DNA from: Patescibacteria group bacterium
Lineage (GTDB): Bacteria; Patescibacteriota; Patescibacteriia; Patescibacteriales; JBAZCA01
Direction of reading: 5' to 3'
Assembly: GCA_041671125.1 (NCBI GenBank)
Contig: JBAZCA010000003.1
Location: 128,689 to 192,688, forward strand
DNA length: 64,000 nt
Shown: positions 45,882-55,160 of the stretch, piece after piece
Layout: each line of letters starts with the position of its first letter
How positions within the stretch are numbered: position 1 is the first letter of the stretch
Translations under genes and position numbers: made by a program
Notes under the pieces: model-generated
What the model saw: only the letters and a program-made list of their open reading frames with translations
What the model was told of the DNA's origin: nothing
The model's database searches: none

Positions 45882-47399
45882 CTTAAGAGCCGTTTTTACC
45901 GACGCAATCGCCTTTTCGGCGATTTTTTTGTACTCAGGGTTAATTTCAAAGCCGATATAATTTTGATTTAGTTCTTTGGCGGCCGCGCATTCAGCTCCGC
46001 TTCCCGCGAAGGGAACAAGTATAACGCCATTTCCTTTCGGCATGGCCGATCTGATAAGCCGGCGGCAAATCTCTAAAGGTTTCTGAGTCGGATGCTTTAT
46101 TATATCGTGGCCGATATGTTTTTTTAATTCTCTTGGCGCGAAAACTCCGCCCCCGCAAGTTTTACAGATAAACCACCTCTCGTTCATGCCCGCTCCCCCG
46201 GCCAAGGCCGGAATCTTTATAACATCTCTCGGTAAGGCGCCTCCTTCGTGAGCATTATATACGGTTTCTTTTCCATTCTTACTGTAACGACCAACCGTTC
46301 CTTTGCGTATTTTTCCGGCCGCTCCATTTAAAAAACCTTCGGTGTAAGGCTCCCGCACTTCGTCCCGGTTATAGATCGGATTGTTTTTCCAGGCGCAGAT
46401 TATGGCTTCATGGCTTCTTTGCCAAAAATTTAGAGAAGCAACGTTTTTGTTTGTATAGTGCCAAATAAGCCATCTTTTATTTATTGGTATCTCAACCGAA
46501 AGATGAGCAAGAATTTCACTAAAACCATAAATAAACATTGTGCCAGTTGGTTTTAAGACCCTAATAGATTCATCTATCCAACTTTTTGACCAACGAATAT
46601 ATTCATTCATTTCTCGTTTATCAATGTTGTTGCCAAAATCTTTACCGATATTATATGGCGGATCAATTATAATAACATCGCAACATTCATCTGGTAATTT
46701 CCTTAATTCTTCAACTGCATCATTTAAAATAATTTGATTGAGAGGTAATCTATTATTACGTTTAATATTTTTTGACGTAATCAGCTCTTTTGCAAAATTA
46801 TTTTCATCGTTTTTTATAACATCAATTACAATACCTTGTATTGTTAACGGGGTTTGTTTGGAAATAATTATGGGATCCATTGTTCTGTTGGCTGGCTGAA
46901 GTCTAATATGCCCCTTTTCTTTGTAAAACTTTTTTAATGTAGTTTGATAGTTATCAATTAAAGCAACAATTTTTTGCCCATTTTCGGCGGTATCCTGCTG
47001 TTTGACTATCACTACATCGCCGTCATTAATATTCTCTTCAATCATACTATTGCCAACAACTCTCAATGCATAGAAATTGCCAGAGCTTGGTAATTTACTC
47101 TGTGGAACGGCAATAACATTCCTTTCTTTAATAGCTTCAATGGGTTGTCCGGCCGCGATATTCCCCATGAGCGGAATATTTATCATTTTTTCGCTCTCAA
47201 AAACAGAAATCGCTCTTGGTTGATTATCTTCTTTTCTTAAAAAGCCTTTTTCCTGGAGTTTTTTTATATGAAAGTGAGCGGTAGAAACAGAAGCTATTTT
47301 TAGATGCTTCTTAATTTCTTCAAGGGAGGGGGCGTATTTATGCTTAAAGCAATATTGTTTTACAAAATCCAATACATTTTTTTGTTTTTTAGTAAGCAT
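45873..47399 (-). CDS. LexA-like repressor (wHTH + S24 peptidase) fused to a beta-class N4/N6 DNA methyltransferase
   Basis: Residues 1-200: LexA wHTH, cleavage-site IAAGQP, Ser motif VGNSM, Lys in TTLKKF. Residues about 225-508: IIIDPPYN (motif IV) precedes VPFAGSGAE (motif I), with PTQKP and a CxxC insert. Confidence 0.8.
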   Translation of the reverse strand: MLTKKQKNVLDFVKQYCFKHKYAPSLEEIKKHLKIASVSTAHFHIKKLQEKGFLRKEDNQPRAISVFESEKMINIPLMGNIAAGQPIEAIKERNVIAVPQSKLPSSGNFYALRVVGNSMIEENINDGDVVIVKQQDTAENGQKIVALIDNYQTTLKKFYKEKGHIRLQPANRTMDPIIISKQTPLTIQGIVIDVIKNDENNFAKELITSKNIKRNNRLPLNQIILNDAVEELRKLPDECCDVIIIDPPYNIGKDFGNNIDKREMNEYIRWSKSWIDESIRVLKPTGTMFIYGFSEILAHLSVEIPINKRWLIWHYTNKNVASLNFWQRSHEAIICAWKNNPIYNRDEVREPYTEGFLNGAAGKIRKGTVGRYSKNGKETVYNAHEGGALPRDVIKIPALAGGAGMNERWFICKTCGGGVFAPRELKKHIGHDIIKHPTQKPLEICRRLIRSAMPKGNGVILVPFAGSGAECAAAKELNQNYIGFEINPEYKKIAEKAIASVKTALKLF

Positions 47400-47403
47400 A
47401 TTA

Positions 47404-47465
47404 TTGACAGACGATTTTTATTAGGTATATAATACTATTATAGAAAATAAATAGAAAACTTACAA
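47404..47465. promoter_or_regulatory. Divergent overlapping promoters sharing a 15-bp palindrome TATAATAcTATTATA (candidate LexA-MTase operator)
   Basis: Plus strand: TTGACA (47404), 18 nt, TATAAT (47428). Minus strand: TTGTAA (47465-47460), 17 nt, TATAAT (47442-47437). Palindrome at 47428-47442. Confidence 0.5.
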
Positions 47466-47626
47466 TAGCCCGTAATTCACGTATACTTTTATCAATATCC
47501 TTAAATTTGAGCGACTTTTACCGACCTTCGCTAAAACTTCGGCGGGTCACAGTCGGTTCAAACTTCCGGACATCGCCACCGCCAAGACATTTTTTTATCG
47601 CGCAGACCCGAGTGACCCTAAATAAT

Positions 47627-48187
47627 ATGAACTTTCAAGATTTAAAATTCAAGATTGGATTCTGGCACCCGTTTGGCCCTCATGCAGGAGAGAGCGCTGA
47701 AGATATTATTAAAAGGAAGCAAAGTGAAATCAAGAAAAACGGCTGGACCCTTTGGTCTTTTCAATTTAGGAAAAGCCTTGAACTTTGGTCTAAAGAGGTC
47801 AAAAAAGTAAATCCAAGTAATGTTTTGGTTTTTTGTTCGAAAGGTGATGGAACTAAAGATCCTAAAAGTGAGCCAAAACGCTGTAATTACTATATACCCA
47901 TAGGCGAGGTTGAACCTAAAAAAATTCCTTCCGGAGTAGAGATTCCTCATCCTATGGGAAAAAAGATGAAGGGATCTGCCTTCATTGTAAAAAGAATTAT
48001 TTACCCGCTTCCCTTTGACTACGGGGCAATACCAATCGAATGGTTAAAGGACGGCGAGTGGCAAACAGCGATGTTGCCGACTCGACCCGAATACTTAATA
48101 AAAATTGGACAAGGTCCGCCTATGAGAAAATTTCGCGCTGTGCTTGAACTTCAAGTGCCATATCTTGCCGAGGTTGGTATACGGTAA
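47627..48187 (+). CDS. Hypothetical protein (186 aa) divergent from the LexA-MTase gene
   Basis: ATG at 47627 preferred, because the upstream TTG-initiated part crosses a tRNA-like remnant. No motif recognised. Confidence 0.5.
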   Translation: MNFQDLKFKIGFWHPFGPHAGESAEDIIKRKQSEIKKNGWTLWSFQFRKSLELWSKEVKKVNPSNVLVFCSKGDGTKDPKSEPKRCNYYIPIGEVEPKKIPSGVEIPHPMGKKMKGSAFIVKRIIYPLPFDYGAIPIEWLKDGEWQTAMLPTRPEYLIKIGQGPPMRKFRAVLELQVPYLAEVGIR

Positions 48188-48356
48188 ATCCCTACCGACT
48201 CACGTGCCTCGGTCAGGGAAGTTTCTAAAAATTATTAAGACACCTTGATTTTTGGTTACTTAACCCGAGTGTCCTGCCATGTTGGCAACATTAACCTGAA
48301 TCAATTCGCAAAAATTTTTGATCTCAATAAAAATGAGTCGGACAAAAATCCCGCTC

Positions 48357-48560
48357 TTACTTTTTGTATTCCAATATATCTCCAGGCTGACAATCCAGAG
48401 CCTTGCAGATTGCTTCCAGCGTTGAAAGGCGAATTGCTTTTGCCTTGCCGTTTTTCAAGACGGAAATATTGGCCATTGTGATGCCGACTTTTTCAGAGAG
48501 CTCGGTAACGCTCATCTTTCGCTTCGCCAACATAACGTCTATGTTAATAATGATCGCCAT
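48357..48560 (-). CDS. XRE-family HTH regulator (YozG-like)
   Basis: MSVTELSEKVGITMANISVLKNGK HTH. 67 aa. Downstream of its usual membrane-protein partner. Confidence 0.8.
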   Translation of the reverse strand: MAIIINIDVMLAKRKMSVTELSEKVGITMANISVLKNGKAKAIRLSTLEAICKALDCQPGDILEYKK

Positions 48561-48564
48561 AGTA

Positions 48565-49044
48565 TTAAACGGTTAAGTCGTTCTCGGACTTTATATCTAC
48601 AGCGCTTTGTAAAGTTTTTTCAAACACCGCCGCGGCCGTGGCGATTATGATAGAAATAAAAGTAGTCACAATGCATATAGCAAGAAAACCCGCCGGATCG
48701 TCATCTTTGGCGTGAAATATCCTTATGTATAGTCCTGCCATTACAATCGCAGCGCCCTCTATGATTGCAGAGTATTTTATAGTCCTTAAAGCTTTCACTG
48801 AGCTTAGTGAAAATACTTTATTTTGCCCGATGTACCTGAGTAATTTAAACGCCTGATAGAGCGCCGTAAAAAATGGGATAGACGCTACGTAGATATAGGC
48901 TATGAACGGATCGGAGTAAATACTAAACAGGTCTAGGTTCGCGGCTCTCCCCTCGGTCAAGGGAAACCGAATCATGCCCGCCAGCGTCGCGATGCCGATG
49001 AGCACAATCACTACCTGAAGAAAAATTGTTGAGCTTCTTTTCAT
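48565..49044 (-). CDS. DUF2975-like four-TM membrane protein
   Basis: Topology and pairing with a YozG-like HTH. Confidence 0.55.
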   Translation of the reverse strand: MKRSSTIFLQVVIVLIGIATLAGMIRFPLTEGRAANLDLFSIYSDPFIAYIYVASIPFFTALYQAFKLLRYIGQNKVFSLSSVKALRTIKYSAIIEGAAIVMAGLYIRIFHAKDDDPAGFLAICIVTTFISIIIATAAAVFEKTLQSAVDIKSENDLTV

Positions 49045-49352
49045 GGATGATTTTTAGTTATAGTAATAATTACAGCTTAATCTATCGATTATCGTTTGTC
49101 AATATATTTTTATTGTTGTTTAAAATGGTGGATTTAAGGCAAAAAGGGCTTATTAAATAAGATGCCGGTTTTTTAAATCCTTACCAATATTAAAAAAACG
49201 GATACAATAAAACCATGAATAAAAATTAAAAACATCTAAATTATATAGACACGGTTAACCTCGGCTCTATATACCATACAGTCCGCTTTAACAGAGCAGT
49301 TTTTTGTGGTATTATTTAATCAGTAAAGGAATAATAAAATTAACTAATCAAT

Positions 49353-49685
49353 ATGAGAATTATTAAATGGATCTCCAGGATATTAGCGCTATGCATCTTA
49401 ATTTTTGCCTTGCCATTTTATTTCGGTTACGGTAATCCGTTGCCGTTTGCCAATCCTGATTACTCATTATGGGAAAACGTCGCGCTGGCGATGATGCCGT
49501 TGGTTTTTATTGGTTTAGCTTTGGGCTGGAAATATCCTAAAATTGGAGGCTGGCTTATAATCAGCTCAATTGCAATCGGTTTTGTCGTCGGACTTTTAAC
49601 GGAAGCAAGCCTCAGTATCAACCTAGCGGTTCCTGTTATTCCTGGAATTTTGTATCTGATAGACGGATATAAAAAATATGAATAA
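49353..49685 (+). CDS. Small integral membrane protein
   Basis: Four hydrophobic helices. Confidence 0.5.
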   Translation: MRIIKWISRILALCILIFALPFYFGYGNPLPFANPDYSLWENVALAMMPLVFIGLALGWKYPKIGGWLIISSIAIGFVVGLLTEASLSINLAVPVIPGILYLIDGYKKYE

Positions 49686-49842
49686 AAATATTAAAATAAT
49701 ACTTTTTATTCTTGCGATATTGCTCGGAGTATTTTTGATCGTGTTTGGCGGATATGATGACAGTCCTGGAGCGCAAGGACTCGGCCTTATACTGATTATT
49801 GCTGGCGTGGTTGTTATGATCAGGGGTAAGAAAAAAAAATAA
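49678..49842 (+). CDS. 54-aa two-TM micro-protein (not in the supplied ORF track)
   Basis: ATGAATAA overlap with the upstream stop. MNKNIKIILFILAILLGVFLIVFGG...LILIIAGVVVMIRGKKKK. Confidence 0.4.
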   Translation: MNKNIKIILFILAILLGVFLIVFGGYDDSPGAQGLGLILIIAGVVVMIRGKKKK

Positions 49843-50104
49843 TAGTCCATGTTATTTTAATCGCAATAACTACTACGAAGAACAAATCAATGTTTGCGAC
49901 AGCGAAAGATAAACTTTTAATATTGACTCTGCCGTTGACAGGATTGTTCAGACGATTAAATAAAACACCCTCAAATAAAAACAGAGACTTTTATAGTCGC
50001 TGTTTTTTAAATTTGACAAGGTCTAGTTATGGGTATATACTCATAATGGCAGTAGGTAAAGGTCGAATTGCCAATCATTTATTAAGACAATAATAAATAA
50101 ACAT

Positions 50105-50344
50105 ATGCCAAAAATGGATGGAACAGGCCCGATGGGGCAAGGGGTCGGAACCGGCCGGGGAATGGGTCCTTGCGGCGCTGGTAATAGAATGGGGCGAGGA
50201 TGCCTCGGAGGATATGGACAAGGTCGCAGGAGATTTATTTCCCCTAAAAATGAGCTGTTTGCCCTAGAAAACGAAGAAAAGATGCTTCTGGAAGATTTAG
50301 AAGTTATCAGAGCCGAGAAAGAAGCCCTAAGAGGCCAAAAATAA
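50105..50344 (+). CDS. DUF5320-like Gly/Arg-rich protein with C-terminal coiled coil
   Basis: MPKMDGTGPMGQG..GRGMGPCG...GRG then a leucine-zipper-like tail. Adjacent to a DUF134-like gene. Confidence 0.6.
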   Translation: MPKMDGTGPMGQGVGTGRGMGPCGAGNRMGRGCLGGYGQGRRRFISPKNELFALENEEKMLLEDLEVIRAEKEALRGQK

Positions 50345-50440
50345 AAGAAGGCGCGGGAACCGGCCTCTTTAAAAAAAGGGGCCGGGTGGTCTTCTTCTAT
50401 AACAAAATATTATCAAATTTACTTTAATTTTTCAATATTT

Positions 50441-50731
50441 ATGCCAAGACCGAGACATTGTTTATGTAAGGCGATAAAATTTAAACCAAACATAATATAT
50501 TTTAAACCGCAAGGGGTTCCGATGAGAGATTTGCAGATCGTAGAACTTTCACTTGAGGAGATTGAAGCTTATCGCCTTCGCCATATAGAAGATATGGATC
50601 AACAGGCGGCGGCTGAAAAAATGGATACTTCAACCAGTACTTACCAAAGGATACTTTACTTCGCTTATAAAAAAATTGCTGACGCCTTAATCAACGGTAA
50701 AGCGATCAGAATTATTAAACATGATAAATAG
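50441..50731 (+). CDS. DUF134/UPF0251-like sigma-70-region-4-type HTH protein
   Basis: FKP.G.P......V.L..EE.EA.RL...E...Q..AA..M..S..T..R.L pattern. Confidence 0.65.
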   Translation: MPRPRHCLCKAIKFKPNIIYFKPQGVPMRDLQIVELSLEEIEAYRLRHIEDMDQQAAAEKMDTSTSTYQRILYFAYKKIADALINGKAIRIIKHDK

Positions 50732-50864
50732 GGTTGATTTCTCCGGCCGGAGAAATCAAAAAATAAATTAAAGCTAAGCTGGATGTTCCGACTAAAATCA
50801 GACCGGCCGTCAACCCGCTTGATAAAACCGTTCTTAAAATTTAAGAGGTCAGGCCAATAAAAAT

Positions 50865-51569
50865 ATGAGAGATGTTGTTAAAGAGATAAAAAAAGAATTG
50901 AAGAAAAACGCGGACGCGAAAACAAGAGAAAGCGGCCGGAGGTTTTTTAAGGAGGAGGTAAAATTATACGGGGTCAGGGCGGCGGCGGTTTCAAAAATCG
51001 CGAGAGAATATTTTAGCGAAGTGAAGAGAATGGATAAGAAAAAAATGTTCGCGGTTTGCGAAGAGCTTTTTAAGTCGGGATACTCGGAAGAAGCCTGGAT
51101 CGCGGCCGGCTGGGTTCATAAATATGCTAATTACGAAAAATCAGACTTTCCGGTTTACGAGCGCTGGTTAGATAAATATATAGATAACTGGGCGAAATGC
51201 GACACCTTTTGCAACCACGCAGTCGGCGAGTTCGTTGAAAAATATCCGGCTTATCTTTCAAAACTGAAAATTTGGGCCCGGTCAAAAAATCTTTGGAAAA
51301 GAAGGGCGGCGGCGGTTTCTTTAATTATACCGGCGAAAAAAGGGAAATTTTTAAAAGAAATTTTTGGGATCGCCGACATTTTACTGCTGGACGAAGAAGA
51401 CATGGTGCAAAAAGGCTACGGCTGGATGCTTAAGGAGGCGAGCCGCAAGAATGAAAAACAGGTTTTTAGCTATGTTATGGAAAAGAAAAAAATCATGCCC
51501 CGGACGGCGCTCCGCTACGCAATTGAAAAAATGCCGGAAAATTTAAAAAAGCAGGCGATGGAGAAATAA
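50865..51569 (+). CDS. DNA alkylation repair (AlkC/AlkD-like HEAT-repeat) protein
   Basis: N-terminal ADAKTRESGRRFFKEEVKLYGVRAAAV pattern and about 230 aa of helical repeats. Confidence 0.7.
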   Translation: MRDVVKEIKKELKKNADAKTRESGRRFFKEEVKLYGVRAAAVSKIAREYFSEVKRMDKKKMFAVCEELFKSGYSEEAWIAAGWVHKYANYEKSDFPVYERWLDKYIDNWAKCDTFCNHAVGEFVEKYPAYLSKLKIWARSKNLWKRRAAAVSLIIPAKKGKFLKEIFGIADILLLDEEDMVQKGYGWMLKEASRKNEKQVFSYVMEKKKIMPRTALRYAIEKMPENLKKQAMEK

Positions 51570-51681
51570 TTTCGCGGGCGGACGTTGCCAAAAGACGGAC
51601 AAAAAGGCGGCGGTTTTTTAAAAAGAGCGGGAGATGGTATAATATAAGCAGGATTTAAAAAAGCGAATAATTTTTAAATTT

Positions 51682-52749
51682 ATGCGGTTACTTGAAAAGT
51701 ACAATCTAAAGCCTCTGGACGTTTTAAAGATTTGCGGGCTGGGGCTGGTAATAATAATCGTCGTTGTCTTTTCCCTGCGCATGATCGGCGCGTCTTTCAG
51801 TTCGGTTTTTAATAAAGGCGGATCCGCCGGTTTTTTAGCCGGCGTTCGTGATGCTGATTATTCCGGTAATTATTACGCGGAAGAAGCGGCTCTGGACGCC
51901 GAGAGTATGGACTTCGCGGCGGTTAAAGGCGGCGTCGCGCTGTCACAAAGAAATATCGCCGCGGAAAGAATCATGCCGCCGCAGAACGGAGGAATAGCTG
52001 GCGATACGGCCGAGGAATTTGAGGTAACTGATTACAGCGCGACAGTTGAAACGCGGAATCTCGGCGCGGCTTGCCGGACTATCGCCGATTTAAAAGCGCG
52101 CGAATATGTTATTTTTGAAAACGCGAACCAGTATGACCGAGGGTGCAACTACCAGTTTAAAGTCAGGCGGGAAAATGTTAATGAAATCCTGGAAATAATT
52201 AAAAGTTTAAAGCCGAAAGAACTTAACGAAAATGTTTATACGATTAAGCAGCTGGTTGACGATTATACCGGCGAAATTGAAATCCTTGAGAAAAAATTAA
52301 AATCAATTGACGAAACGCTTGAAAAAGCGGTTGCCGCTTACGACGATATCGCCGCGCTGGCAGTAAAGACCGAGGACGCGGAAAGCCTCGCGAAAATTAT
52401 TGATTCTAAAATCAATATTATTGAACGTCTGGCGGAAGAGCGGATTAATATTAACAGCCAGCTGGAACGGATCAGCCGGTCAAAAGCCGAACAGCTTGAC
52501 CGGCTGGAATACACTTTTTTTTACGTGAATGTTTACGAAAATAAATTTGTTGACGGTAAAAATATTAAAGACTCCTGGAAGGCGGCGATCAAAGAATTCG
52601 CCCGCGATATTAATAAGGTGGCGCAGGACATGACAATTAATCTCGTAAAACTGCTTTTCCTCGCTTTTCAGTACCTCGTATATTTATTCATTCTCCTGGT
52701 CATAGCCAAATACGGCTGGAAAGCAGGCAAGTATTTCTGGAAAAAGTAA
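51682..52749 (+). CDS. DUF4349-like membrane-anchored coiled-coil protein
   Basis: N-terminal TM helix, central alpha/beta plus coiled coil, C-terminal TM helices. Confidence 0.45.
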   Translation: MRLLEKYNLKPLDVLKICGLGLVIIIVVVFSLRMIGASFSSVFNKGGSAGFLAGVRDADYSGNYYAEEAALDAESMDFAAVKGGVALSQRNIAAERIMPPQNGGIAGDTAEEFEVTDYSATVETRNLGAACRTIADLKAREYVIFENANQYDRGCNYQFKVRRENVNEILEIIKSLKPKELNENVYTIKQLVDDYTGEIEILEKKLKSIDETLEKAVAAYDDIAALAVKTEDAESLAKIIDSKINIIERLAEERININSQLERISRSKAEQLDRLEYTFFYVNVYENKFVDGKNIKDSWKAAIKEFARDINKVAQDMTINLVKLLFLAFQYLVYLFILLVIAKYGWKAGKYFWKK

Positions 52750-52763
52750 AGGCGGGGATAGCT

Positions 52764-53741
52764 ATGAAATATAAAGACAGAATTTACGGAGAATTTGAAA
52801 TAACCGAACCGGTAATTCTGGATTTAATCAATTCACCTTCCTTAAAGCGTCTTAAAGAAATTGATCAGGCCGGCTATTTTGAGGCGCATTACCCGGGAAC
52901 CGCCCATTCGCGTTTTGAACATTCGGTCGGCGTTTATCTTTTACTAAAAATGTACGGCGCGCCGCTTAGCGAGCAAATCGCCGGATTAATCCATGACGTC
53001 TCGCATTCGGCTTTTTCCCATTGCGTGGATTACGCTTTGGATGCCGGTTCCGAAGAAGAGCAAAGCCACCAAGATAATGTCTTTGCCGGGTTTGTTAAAA
53101 AATCGGATATTCCCGGAATTCTTCGCAACCATGACATTAATTTGGATTTTATTTTGGATGACTCTAATTTTACGCTATTAGAAAGGGATCTTCCCGAGCT
53201 CTGCGCCGACCGGATTGATTACTCGCTTCGGGGAGCGGTTATTTTTAAGGAAATAACCGGCGTGAAATATTTTTTGGATAATCTTCGGGCTGAAAACGGG
53301 GAATGGGCGTTTAAGAGTTTCCAGAGCGCGAAAAAGTTCGCGGAGCTTTTCCTTAAGATGAGTTCGGTTTATTACGCCGGACTAGCTTCGGCCGTTATGT
53401 TCCGGACGGTCGGCGATTATTTAAGGCGTGCGCTCCATAAAAAATATATTACCGAAGCCGACCTCTATACGACTGACAGGGAAGTCCTGAGAAGAATCCG
53501 GCCGTTCCATAGTTCGGACGCGGAATTAAAAATGCTCTTTGACCGGATGAATAAAAAAGTCGGCTGTGAAAATTGTCCGGACGATTTTAACGCGAAAGTA
53601 ACCCTAAAATCCCGGGCCGTTGATCCGCTTTTCCGCCGGGGCGATAAAATATTAAGAGTATCTGAAGCCGACCCTTCCTGGGGCGGGATCGTGAAGCGGG
53701 AATTAGAACCGAAGAAATATTTTTTAAAGTTTAAAAAGTGA
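52764..53741 (+). CDS. HD-domain metal-dependent phosphohydrolase
   Basis: HSRFEHSVGV, LIHDVSHSAFSH, ADRIDY. Confidence 0.8.
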   Translation: MKYKDRIYGEFEITEPVILDLINSPSLKRLKEIDQAGYFEAHYPGTAHSRFEHSVGVYLLLKMYGAPLSEQIAGLIHDVSHSAFSHCVDYALDAGSEEEQSHQDNVFAGFVKKSDIPGILRNHDINLDFILDDSNFTLLERDLPELCADRIDYSLRGAVIFKEITGVKYFLDNLRAENGEWAFKSFQSAKKFAELFLKMSSVYYAGLASAVMFRTVGDYLRRALHKKYITEADLYTTDREVLRRIRPFHSSDAELKMLFDRMNKKVGCENCPDDFNAKVTLKSRAVDPLFRRGDKILRVSEADPSWGGIVKRELEPKKYFLKFKK

Positions 53742-53800
53742 TAATTTTATTAGCTCCGCCAATTTAAATAATCAGCACGAATCAACCAATTCCCTTTCTT

Positions 53801-54808
53801 ATGAAAAATAAAAAACCAATCGGGTCTCTTCCGGTCTATGCGGCTTTAGTGGGCAATAGTTTTGTTGCCTTGATAAAATTAGCGGCGGCCTTTATTTCTG
53901 GTTCAAGCGTTTTATTTTCCGAAGCCATTCATAGCCTGGCCGATACCGGCAATCAGGGTTTAATCGCCATCGGACTGGCTAGGTCAAGAAAATTGCCAGA
54001 TGAAGATTATGTTTACGGCTATGGACGGGAAAGATTTTTTTGGGCTTTAATTTCAGCTTGCGGAATTTTTTTTCTCGGCGCTGGAGTGACGGTTTATCAC
54101 GGAATCCATTCAATCTTCTCCGGGCAGGGATTTGAGATGAGCCCGATAATTTTTATCGTCTTAGCTCTTTCGTTTATTGTTGAATCGGCGACTTTAGCAG
54201 TGGCAATAAGGGAAGTCAGACATAGATACTTCGGAAGTGGCTTAAAGTCTGTCTTTAATACTGGCGATCCCGTTACTTTGTCGGTCATCCTTGAAGACGG
54301 TGTGGCGGTGTTGGGCGTAGGAATAGCTTTCTTTAGTATAATACTGTCCCGGTTAACGGGATGGCGCTATTGGGATGGAATAGGATCAATAATAATTGGA
54401 ATTTTACTGGGTTGCGTGGCTGTGATTCTCATCATGAAGAATAAGAATTATCTTATCGGCCGGACTATTCCGGACGACCTTAGGGAAGAGATAATTGAAC
54501 TGCTGGAATCAGACCCGGCCGTTGAGCGCGTGATTGATTTTAAGTCCGCGGTCCTTGATATCGGGATTTACCGCGTCAAATGTGAAATAGAATTTAACGG
54601 AAATGTCCTAATTAAGGAAATCTACCGGCGGGGCGATTTAAGGGAAGAGTATGAAAACGTAAAAAACGATTATGAAGAGTTTAAGAAATTCTGTGTTGAT
54701 TTTGCCGACCGCGTCCCGCGCTTGGTCGGAAAAAAGATTGACGAAATTGAAGTAAAGCTGAAAAAAGAGAACCCCGAAGTTAAATACATTGATATTGAGA
54801 TAAATTAG
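53801..54808 (+). CDS. Cation diffusion facilitator family transporter
   Basis: Six TM helices. HSLADTGNQ metal-site motif. C-terminal cytoplasmic domain. Confidence 0.8.
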   Translation: MKNKKPIGSLPVYAALVGNSFVALIKLAAAFISGSSVLFSEAIHSLADTGNQGLIAIGLARSRKLPDEDYVYGYGRERFFWALISACGIFFLGAGVTVYHGIHSIFSGQGFEMSPIIFIVLALSFIVESATLAVAIREVRHRYFGSGLKSVFNTGDPVTLSVILEDGVAVLGVGIAFFSIILSRLTGWRYWDGIGSIIIGILLGCVAVILIMKNKNYLIGRTIPDDLREEIIELLESDPAVERVIDFKSAVLDIGIYRVKCEIEFNGNVLIKEIYRRGDLREEYENVKNDYEEFKKFCVDFADRVPRLVGKKIDEIEVKLKKENPEVKYIDIEIN

Positions 54809-54914
54809 TCCGGGTTCATCTGCTTTTTCCGGCAACAAAAAACTCCCGCGATCCGCCTGCAACGCTACGTAGCATTGCGGACAGGCCGCGGGAGTTTTAA
54901 TATGTGAGATTTTA

Positions 54915-55160
54915 TTAGAAGCGATCTCTGCCTCCGCCGAAACCTCCGCGATTTCCTCCGAAATCCCTTCTCGGTCCGCGGGCTTTCATTCTGGTCTTAT
55001 TGCATTCGTAGCAATAAAGCCTTCCGTAAGTTCCGTCTTCTCTCTGAGTAGGCTCAAAGGGAAGCTCTTTGATTGGCGCTCCGCATTCGGCGCAGGTGAT
55101 ATTCAAAGCTGAAATATCATTCATCTGCCTTTGCGGGCGATTGTCGTCTTGATAAGCCAT
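54915..55160 (-). CDS. CxxC...CxxC zinc-ribbon protein with RGG tail
   Basis: CAECG...CYEC ribbon, then RGPRRDFGGNRGGFGGGRDRF. ATG at 55160 preferred. Confidence 0.7.
   Translation of the reverse strand: MAYQDDNRPQRQMNDISALNITCAECGAPIKELPFEPTQREDGTYGRLYCYECNKTRMKARGPRRDFGGNRGGFGGGRDRF

Noticed and set aside
48186-48205. A third att-like sequence AAATCCCTACCGACTCACG after the 186-aa gene
   Set aside because: Only the first 8 nt plus scattered bases match the att core (about 12 of 20). It overlaps a stop codon and a local hairpin. This is too weak to call a boundary.
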